From positions 47,330 through 111,329 of the forward strand of contig JBEKKX010000013.1 in NCBI GenBank assembly GCA_050010515.1: a DNA stretch of 64,000 nt. Reading direction: 5' to 3'. The position numbers were made by a program, and so were the translations under genes. Of this stretch, positions 57,112-64,000 are shown in pieces (positions within the stretch are counted from its first letter, which is position 1; each line of letters starts with the position of its first letter). The notes beneath the pieces were generated by a model. It did no database searches. It was not told the origin of the DNA and saw only the letters and a program-made list of their open reading frames with translations. The DNA is from Candidatus Bathyarchaeia archaeon (lineage in GTDB: Archaea > Thermoproteota > Bathyarchaeia > Bathyarchaeales > Bathycorpusculaceae).

Positions 57112-57116
57112 AGATT

Positions 57117-57761
57117 TTAGCTTCCTGCTTTAAGAAGTACGCTTTTTTCGTCTTCTGATAATTCACGGTAACCATTTTTGTCGATTACAGTAATATTGTA
57201 ACTGTCGCCGCTTGCAACATCCCGCTTCATAGCTGCATTCACAGCCCTAACAATTATGGGTAACAACTCAGCAATGCTCATGCCTTCACGGTAATTATCC
57301 TCAAGTATACCATAAGCTATTGGTGACCCAGAACCCGTTGAAACTGACTTTTCCTCAGTTAAGCTTCCATACGGGTCCAAATTGTAAACGTGCGGTCCAG
57401 TGTCATCTACGCCGCCTACCAGAACCTGCGTCGCTAAAGGCAAGTAACGTGCAGAAAACAGCAAGTTAGCAACAAGCCTTGCTGCCGCACTAACCGGCAT
57501 TGGCCTGTTCATGTTTATCTTGTATAGCTGCGCGTTAGCCGTAAGTATATCCACGACTCTTTGAGCGTCCGCCACAGTTCCAGCAATAGTCATGCCTAAA
57601 TGATCATCGATTTTGTAAACCTTTTTCCCGAATTTATGGGCAACATAGAAACCCATGGTTACCCTTGTGTCTGAAGCTAATATTACGCCATCTTTGCAGA
57701 CGACGCCTATTGTAGTTGTTCCTTTAAGGACTAATTGACTAGCTATATTATTTTGTGACAT
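57117..57761 (-). CDS. psmB: Proteasome beta subunit
   Basis: LKG/TTTIG processing site, ASDTRVT, AGTVADAQ, TGSGS, RDVASG. Confidence 0.96.
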   Translation of the reverse strand: MSQNNIASQLVLKGTTTIGVVCKDGVILASDTRVTMGFYVAHKFGKKVYKIDDHLGMTIAGTVADAQRVVDILTANAQLYKINMNRPMPVSAAARLVANLLFSARYLPLATQVLVGGVDDTGPHVYNLDPYGSLTEEKSVSTGSGSPIAYGILEDNYREGMSIAELLPIIVRAVNAAMKRDVASGDSYNITVIDKNGYRELSEDEKSVLLKAGS

Positions 57762-58051
57762 AGTTTTGTGCTCCCCTAAAACCCCGTTTCGCGGATTGAC
57801 ATCAACACTAGGAAGTAGCATCATGTAATCTTTCCGTGGGATTTATTAATATTGCGCTTCAAGGTTCTGTTAAGTTGGCGTTAGATGGAGTTTTCTGTTA
57901 AGTTTCGTGGGATATTTCTCTTGGTTTTTTCTCCATGTTAAATGTCGTGGGATAAATGCTTTTTTGCAGAATGAATTATCGCTGTAAGAAAACAAGAAAA
58001 CTGAAATCTTAAATCTTGGCAAGATTGTAAGCATAAACAGGTTGTTGCAAA

Positions 58052-58297
58052 ATGTCTGAAGAACCAAAAGGCTTCTGTAATGATTCACAGGAACTTATAG
58101 AGCGCCAAAACTCAGTATGCACCAAACGTGGCGTTATAATATACAAGGGCAGAGGCGACCAATGGTACATAGATTTTCCCGATGATACAGAACGGATAGG
58201 TGGTGTCACAACAATAAAATTGATGACTTTGATTTATTATTTGAAGGAATTTAACGGAAATATTGATAGAAGCAGAAAAGAACTTGGTTGGGAGTAA
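58052..58297 (+). CDS. Hypothetical protein (transposon cargo)
   Basis: 81-aa ORF inside the element. Confidence 0.5.
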   Translation: MSEEPKGFCNDSQELIERQNSVCTKRGVIIYKGRGDQWYIDFPDDTERIGGVTTIKLMTLIYYLKEFNGNIDRSRKELGWE

Positions 58298-58431
58298 CTG
58301 ATTGTAAGTTTACTACGACCATTACAAAGTACATTCTAAGAGTTACTACGTGCATTACTGAGACCATCATAAGGCTTAAGCCAAGTTCCTAAGAATTAGC
58401 GGTTATGATGATTAAGAGGTGAATTAGGTAT

Positions 58432-58542
58432 ATGAATCCTGAAGAAAAAATACTCCAACAAATTCTTGAAGAAATAACAGCTTTAAATGACCAAGTTAAA
58501 GAACTTTCAAAAACTGTAAAAGAAATAAGAAATTCATTATAA
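58432..58542 (+). CDS. 36-aa coiled-coil peptide (transposon cargo)
   Basis: MNPEEKILQQILEEITALNDQVKELSKTVKEIRNSL*; GAGGTGA RBS upstream. Confidence 0.55.
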   Translation: MNPEEKILQQILEEITALNDQVKELSKTVKEIRNSL

Positions 58543-58551
58543 ACAACTTTC

Positions 58552-58739
58552 TTATCTATTTCTTTCCTTGTTTTTGGTTGCGTTTTCTATTAGGGTTTTC
58601 CACTTATCCTGTCCTTCGATAATGATTCCGCATGCCTCTGCTGGAGTCTTTCCGTCTAAAGCCTCATGGGGTCGAACATAGTTATGGTAAAGCTGATAGC
58701 CCTTAAGAGTAGCCGTCACATCGGTTTTTAGCGCGCGCG
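58552..58739 (-). pseudogene. C-terminal remnant of an archaeal IS6-like DDE transposase
   Basis: RALKTDVTATLKGYQLYHNYVRPHEALDGKTPAEACGIIIEGQDKWKTLIENA; the rest of the gene is absent, breaking off at GCGCGCGC. Confidence 0.8.
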
Positions 58740-58787
58740 AACTTATATTCCACAATCACGTCTTTTACCATAAAGAAGGTAATATAA

Positions 58788-58997
58788 ATGGGCGAAATAA
58801 CTACCTTATCAAAAGCTACAACTGGAAAAGAATCCCTCAGAACAATCGTGCCAATGAGCATCCTAAAACAATTCAAACTTTTCGTTGGAGACAAATTAGA
58901 ATGGGAGTTGGAAGCGAGAAATAATGAGCTAATCATTGTAGTTCGACCAGTAAGAAGTTCTGACTCAAAATCGCTTTCTGATTTGAAAAGTTCCTAA
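58788..58997 (+). CDS. AbrB/MazE/SpoVT-family DNA-binding protein
   Basis: SLRTIVPMSILKQFKLFVGDKLEWEL. Confidence 0.8.
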   Translation: MGEITTLSKATTGKESLRTIVPMSILKQFKLFVGDKLEWELEARNNELIIVVRPVRSSDSKSLSDLKSS

Positions 58998-59040
58998 AAG
59001 CTCTTAAGTAAAACAGGTACAGATTGAGGATTGAAAAGCA

Positions 59041-61773
59041 ATGAGCGAAGAGTTAACTCAAAAAAGACTGACTGAACATGGGTTAATAATCGGTAACTAT
59101 GAGTTTTATAACATAGGCGCTACTACAGTCAACCAGCTCAAGAAATGCCAAATTATCCCAAACGAGGATTACAAGGAATATGGAATAAGAAAACCAGATG
59201 CGCTAATTGTTGACAGACGAAATATGAAACAAATTAAGGTTGTCTGCGTCATAGAAGGCAAACCTAATGAAAAATTCGATTCTGCACAAAAGAGAATAGA
59301 TACGATACAACAATGTAATGACCTATGCCAAGTGCTTAATGCAGAGTTAGGTATTGCAACAGATTACACCTCTTTTTCATGGTTTAATCCTAATCAAAAT
59401 AATTCCAAAACAGAGTATTTAGACAGAACAACTAGTGCCAAAAGGAGCTACACCATAATAACGGATGAAAAAGGGAAAGATTTCATAAAAGATTTCACTA
59501 TCGACCAAAAGCAAGATGAAATAGAAATAACAAAGTTAAGCGTAAAAACCAGAAAAAGCATGCAAAACTTAGAGTTAGTAAGAAAAAGCCTTTCTTCAAC
59601 TAACTCCCAGCTTATCGAGGAAAGCGTAAAAGACCCCACTGTTTTAGCAACAAAAATCTGGCAAGATGTTTGGTTTGCCACCGGAGCAACACCACCAAGT
59701 TGTCTATATACCTTTGTTGAATTATTTATTTTCAAGTATTTGAGCGATTTGAATATTTTAACAAAAGATAAGGCAGGAAACAAAGTAAACTTCAAAGACA
59801 TCTATTCTCTTAATCCGAATGAAGCGTTCATAAATTACACGCAAAATGTCCGACCTTTTCTTAAGATAATGTTTCCAAAAAATGAAAAAGATAATACGAC
59901 CATAATAAATGGAACAGTTTTAAATCCTGATGTTGCTCAACATAGCTTAGTCTTCTACAGAATTTTGAAGCGTTTTGATGAATTTGGAGAGTTACGAAAT
60001 ATCGACCCCAGTTTCAAGTCAAAAGTTTTTGAAGAGTTTATGAAAGAAACTATTAGCAGAAAGAATTGGGGACAATTTTTCACTCCTAGAAACATCATTG
60101 ATGCAATGGTTGAAATGTCGGACATTGACAAATTAGATGAGGGGTCAAAAGTTTGTGACCCCGCATGCGGAGTGGGCGGTTTCATACTGGAGCCGATTAG
60201 GGTAAAGGAAAACGGTGTAAACTTCTATTATCAAATTGTAGGAAATGAAGTAAAGTCCAGATTGAATTTCTTTGGCTTTGACAAAGGTTTTGAGAAAGAA
60301 GAACAGTTGGTAATAATCTTAGCAAAAGCGAATATGTTGATTTTTCTGTCTGAACTGCTAAAAAATAATCCCACTATTGCCGAAAAATTTTCTGACTTAT
60401 TTAATTCAACCTTTGAACTGTTATGTAAAACTACTCTGGGTACCTTATCGATAACCGAGTATGACAAATATGATTTGATACTTTCCAATCCACCATACGT
60501 TACAAGTGGAAGTAGCGGATATAAAGAAGCAATTAATGAAGAAACTGTCTTCAAAAAGTATTACAAAACGCAAGGTTTTGGGGTTGAAAGCCTTTTCATA
60601 GAATGGATTATAAACAGTTTGAAACCCTCAAAAAGTGCATTTGTTATTATTCCTGATGGTATATTGAATAGACTTAACGGCATTAAACTTAGGGCTTTCA
60701 TAAGAGATGAATGTATAATAAACTGCATAGTTTCATTGCCGATAAACGCTTTCTATAGGAACCCGAAAAAGACATACATAATATCGATAACTAAAAAACC
60801 TGAAAAAAACGTAGATGATAGAAAGGCACATTTACAAACTGAACCAGTATTCACCTATTTAGTAAGTAATGTGGGAGAAACATTGGATGTGAAAAGGTTC
60901 CCCATCGAAGAAAATGATTTGAAAGAGATGGTTTCTCTCTACAACCAATTCAAAGGAGCAAAAGCAAGTTTCCACTCTGAAAGCAAACGATGTAAAATTC
61001 AACCGATTGATAAATTTGATGCTGTCAATCCAACAAGTCATTGGTCAGTGGATAGATGGTGGTCAAAAGAAGAAAAAGTAAGTTTAGGAATAGAAGAACA
61101 AGAAACCGTTCTGTCCATTGACGAATTTAAGGGGAAAATGAGTGATTTAGAAGAAAAAATACGAGAACTAAACGTACAGTTGCAAGACTTACAGAAACAA
61201 GCAACCTCTCAAGGAAAAATAGACAAAATAGACAAAAACTTAGCTGACGAACAATATTTTGAATTATCTATAGGAGAAAGGATACTTAAAAAGGAAGTTT
61301 TTCAATCAAAGGGAAACATTCCAGTATATAGCGCTAATGTTAATGAACCGTTTGGTTATCTTGATGAAACAAACGTAAGCATTGTTGATTTTGAACATAG
61401 TTACGTACTCTGGGGTATAGACGGTAACTTTGAACTTACAGTAAAACACATGGGGGAAAAATTTGCGATAACTGACCATTGTGGTGCAGTGAAAGTTTTG
61501 GATTCTGGAATAATTCCTGAATACTTAGCTTATCAATTGGAAATTAAGAAATACGAAATGGGTTTTGACAGAAGTTTACGGGCATCTTTAGCAAATATGG
61601 AAACGGTAACTGTGAGTATTCCTATTTTGCCAAATGGCTCTTTCGATGTTGAAAGACAGCGAGAGGTAGTTAAGAAGTATGCGTTTCTTAAGGAAATGCG
61701 TGAAGACATTCAATCACAAATTGAAGATTTGACAAAAGCAACAATAGACTTAGGAGAAAACTCTGCCTCATAA
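59041..61773 (+). CDS. Single-chain restriction-modification enzyme: nuclease + N6-adenine MTase + one target-recognition domain (Type IIG-like)
   Basis: KPDALIVD..IEGK (PD-D/ExK-like), GQFFTPR, CDPACGVGGF (motif I), SNPPY (motif IV), C-terminal HsdS-like IPVYSAN..WGIDG. Confidence 0.82.
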   Translation: MSEELTQKRLTEHGLIIGNYEFYNIGATTVNQLKKCQIIPNEDYKEYGIRKPDALIVDRRNMKQIKVVCVIEGKPNEKFDSAQKRIDTIQQCNDLCQVLNAELGIATDYTSFSWFNPNQNNSKTEYLDRTTSAKRSYTIITDEKGKDFIKDFTIDQKQDEIEITKLSVKTRKSMQNLELVRKSLSSTNSQLIEESVKDPTVLATKIWQDVWFATGATPPSCLYTFVELFIFKYLSDLNILTKDKAGNKVNFKDIYSLNPNEAFINYTQNVRPFLKIMFPKNEKDNTTIINGTVLNPDVAQHSLVFYRILKRFDEFGELRNIDPSFKSKVFEEFMKETISRKNWGQFFTPRNIIDAMVEMSDIDKLDEGSKVCDPACGVGGFILEPIRVKENGVNFYYQIVGNEVKSRLNFFGFDKGFEKEEQLVIILAKANMLIFLSELLKNNPTIAEKFSDLFNSTFELLCKTTLGTLSITEYDKYDLILSNPPYVTSGSSGYKEAINEETVFKKYYKTQGFGVESLFIEWIINSLKPSKSAFVIIPDGILNRLNGIKLRAFIRDECIINCIVSLPINAFYRNPKKTYIISITKKPEKNVDDRKAHLQTEPVFTYLVSNVGETLDVKRFPIEENDLKEMVSLYNQFKGAKASFHSESKRCKIQPIDKFDAVNPTSHWSVDRWWSKEEKVSLGIEEQETVLSIDEFKGKMSDLEEKIRELNVQLQDLQKQATSQGKIDKIDKNLADEQYFELSIGERILKKEVFQSKGNIPVYSANVNEPFGYLDETNVSIVDFEHSYVLWGIDGNFELTVKHMGEKFAITDHCGAVKVLDSGIIPEYLAYQLEIKKYEMGFDRSLRASLANMETVTVSIPILPNGSFDVERQREVVKKYAFLKEMREDIQSQIEDLTKATIDLGENSAS

Positions 61774-61822
61774 TAAGCAAAGCTTATCTTTTATAAACGC
61801 AACTTCAAAGAAGGGATAAGTT

Positions 61823-62014
61823 ATGGTTAAATGCCCAAAGTGTGGTTCAGAAAACGCAAAGCCTACAAAAGAGTGGAAGTATGCGCTTTTTCAAGTTAAA
61901 AAATTTGATTGCCAAAAATGTAAAGCTAAATTCAGAGATTACTCAAAACAAGGGAAACATAATTTTACTCTAATATACGTTGATGGCGTAGGGTATCGAA
62001 AACCAAAGGCTTGA
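61823..62014 (+). CDS. Small basic zinc-ribbon protein, possibly Cren7-like
   Basis: MVKCPKCG..KPTKEWKY..VKKFDCQKCKAKFRDY. Confidence 0.65.
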   Translation: MVKCPKCGSENAKPTKEWKYALFQVKKFDCQKCKAKFRDYSKQGKHNFTLIYVDGVGYRKPKA

Positions 62015-62124
62015 ACAGTACGTTATCACCCGACTGTTAACATGGACATTTCAAAGGCTCGTTGTGTCACCCGAAAATTAACGGTCTTTTCCATCGCCTA
62101 TGAAGTTACCAGAACCCGCTTCAA

Positions 62125-62203
62125 GGTTCTGTTAACTTCTCGTGGGATGGTTTTTTGGTGTTAATAGTCGTGGGATGTTTAACACTGTTAAGTTATTTGT
62201 GGT
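62125..62203 (+). repeat. Orphan second transposon end immediately after the target duplication
   Basis: GGTTCTGTTAACTTCTCGTGGGAT, TGTTAATAGTCGTGGGAT (62159) and degenerate TGTTAAGTTATTTGTGGT (62186). Confidence 0.8.
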
Positions 62204-62391
62204 AGGTTCTCAACATGAAAACTGTGTTTTTGATATGTTACGTTTTTGGAAATATGGCTTATATGCTTTTTTTACGGTTTGCCTCGTTTAAGGAGAGAAG
62301 GAGTACGGGAGAAGAGAAGGCTTCAATACTTACTACTTTTGAGGGGAAGAGGGAAGGGTATAAATCAAAATAGACAGAGAGCTAAACTAAA

Positions 62392-62586
62392 ATGACCCAA
62401 AAAACTACAGATGAAATTCGAACACTTCTCAGCAATGCTAAGCTAAATTTTGAGTCAGTAGAGAATAAGGCATTGAACGATTATCTTCCAAAAATATTTC
62501 ATAGTTGCCCATTTACAGAGGAACTATGCACAACAAAGCAATGCGTAGAATGTGCAGTTTTCACAAACAAAAATAAACAAACTTGA
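62392..62586 (+). CDS. Small hypothetical protein with a four-Cys C-terminal motif
   Basis: SCPFTEELCTTKQCVECAVF; TATAAA box upstream near 62358. Confidence 0.6.
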   Translation: MTQKTTDEIRTLLSNAKLNFESVENKALNDYLPKIFHSCPFTEELCTTKQCVECAVFTNKNKQT

Positions 62587-63059
62587 AGGTTTGCGCCTTA
62601 GGGAAATCGGGATTGTGATTTGCCCTTTGCGGGTTACTAAAACTTCTTTCATACTTTTTAGTTAGTGAAACTTATCTAAAAAGCTAGCAGGACAAATTTG
62701 TTGATTGTCAAAAATTAGGAAGGCGGGGTAGGGTATCAATTTAGCAACTGAATTTCTCTAGCAAAATTGAAAGCAGAGGAGAGAGGGTCTACTATTTACA
62801 ACTGATTGCGCTAGCATAAAAGCTAACAAGCCGTCCTAATATTTGGCGCTGCAGTGACGCATAACTATGAATATGCGTGACTAGTAACAATGAACGTGTG
62901 TGACAAGTAAAAAGAGCCAAAACCAAGCCCCGTTCACTAAAATAAACCCAAACCAAACGCTGTTTTACACTAAAAAATTTTGAAGTACAGCAGACCCTAA
63001 AGATAAGCTCTCTAACCACAAACAAGTCTCAATTAAGACACAATACAACAATTATGTTC

Positions 63060-63455
63060 TAAATTTGCCGCCAACCTTATATGCCATAAACCTGCCTAAA
63101 CTGTACTTCCCGATGCAACTCGGCAACTAACCCATGCCGCGTGAAGACGTGAACTTGAGCCTAAACAGCTCAAAAATGCCACAGGACGCAAAAACCGCTG
63201 TTCAACAAACCTTATTATGTATCAACGTAATCCTTATATTAGCGAAATCCGCTTCTAATGCAGTTCAGCAATATGGGTTATACCATCAAAATAGATGCAA
63301 CTCCCCACCTCATCGATGAGGAGTGAAGGGTGAACTGACTTCGCCAAGACACGCGCGAAGATCAAAATGACACCATGCACAGGACAAACAATCAACGACG
63401 CCACACAACATATCGAAATGTGTTTCACCAAACGCCAAACAAACACCACCAATGG
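63060..63455 (+). promoter_or_regulatory. Putative promoter and leader region of the 23S rRNA gene
   Basis: TATA-like CTTATAT at 63077 and 63233; GATGCAACTC repeated at 63112 and 63294; CGATGA...CTGA box C/D-like pair near 63314-63338. Confidence 0.45.
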
Positions 63456-64000
63456 CCCGAAACATGCCACGCCGTCTGGAGGATGGCTCGGCTTGAGAGC
63501 CGAAGAAGGGCGCGGCAAGCCGCGATACCGCCCCGGGTAGGCGCATGCAGCCTTAGATCCGGGGGTACCTGAATGGGACTTCCTAGAATATGCTCCCTTC
63601 ATGGGAGCGGGAACCCCCCGAACGGAAGCATCTTAGTAGGGGGAGGAAAAGAAACCAAACACGGGATTCCCTTAGTAGCAGCGAGCGAAATGGGAAAAGT
63701 CCAAACCGAATCCCACATGGAAACATACGGGAGATGTAGGGTTAAGGGCCTGGCTTCCTCTTCACTGGTTAAGCTGAAGTGGCCTGAAATGACCCGCCAC
63801 AGAGGGTGACAGCCCCGTAAACGTAAGCCAGAAAGAGCTGAGCTAGAGTCCCAGACTACCGCACCATGGTTTTGGTGCGGAAAGTTGGGAGGCACCAACT
63901 TCCAAGACTAAATACGCCTCAAGACCGATAGCGCACTAGTACGGTGACGGAAAACTGAAAAGTACCCCGGAATGGGGGTGAAAAGTGCCTGAAACCAGAC
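63456..64000 (+). rRNA. rrl: 23S rRNA, 5' portion (runs off the window; 5' end approximate)
   Basis: GGATGGCTCGGCTTG, CCTGAATGGGA, GAAGCATCTTAGTA, GGAAAAGAAACCAA, TAGTAGCAGCGAGCGAAA, GGGTGACAGCCCCGTA, CTAAATAC, ACCGATAGCG, AGTACGGTGACGGAAA. Confidence 0.97.

Larger units (their letters stand above)
57863..62116. mobile_element. IS6-like non-autonomous cargo transposon, 4254 bp
   Basis: Ends GGTTCTGTTAA and TTACCAGAACC; 8-bp direct repeat CGCTTCAA at 57855-57862 and 62117-62124; three subterminal motifs per end; internal transposase remnant. Confidence 0.85.

Noticed and set aside
63255-63898. ORFs overlapping the window end
   Set aside because: They overlap the 23S rRNA and its leader and are spurious
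1-64000. CRISPR array or cas genes
   Set aside because: No run of equal-length repeats with unique spacers was seen. The motifs at 57868-57953 and 62025-62203 are few, unevenly spaced and inverted, which fits transposon ends

Overview
Archaeal chromosome segment, most likely Bathyarchaeia (inferred from gene content and protein style, not from a database search). Housekeeping genes are smc-scpA-scpB, FKBP PPIase, egsA, DGGGP synthase, a DEAD-box helicase, an aquaporin, a serC/serA/DUF1015-type operon, sepF, psmB-aCPSF1, tRNA-Ser(GGA) with an intron, tRNA-Arg(CCT) and the 5' end of a 23S rRNA that has no 16S upstream. There is also a RadA-like/arCOG07300/PolB2 operon. Three unusual structures stand out. 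(1) A 29-kb zone downstream of tRNA-Arg is cut into blocks by four tRNA-3'-end-derived repeats and ends next to a decayed tyrosine-integrase tail. (2) Within that zone, a 7-kb block bounded by GCGCGCGCT motifs encodes two phospho-His swivel-domain proteins with no ATP-grasp partner, two AttH/cyclase-like beta-barrel paralogues and two Fe-S proteins, and it sits beside archaeal lipid genes. (3) A 4254-bp IS6-like cargo transposon (57863-62116) has mirror-spaced triple end motifs and an 8-bp target duplication, carries a fused restriction-modification enzyme, and lies directly against a second orphan end. Several small accessory genes are broken by single lesions while all long core genes are intact. 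All family assignments come from motif recognition by eye.
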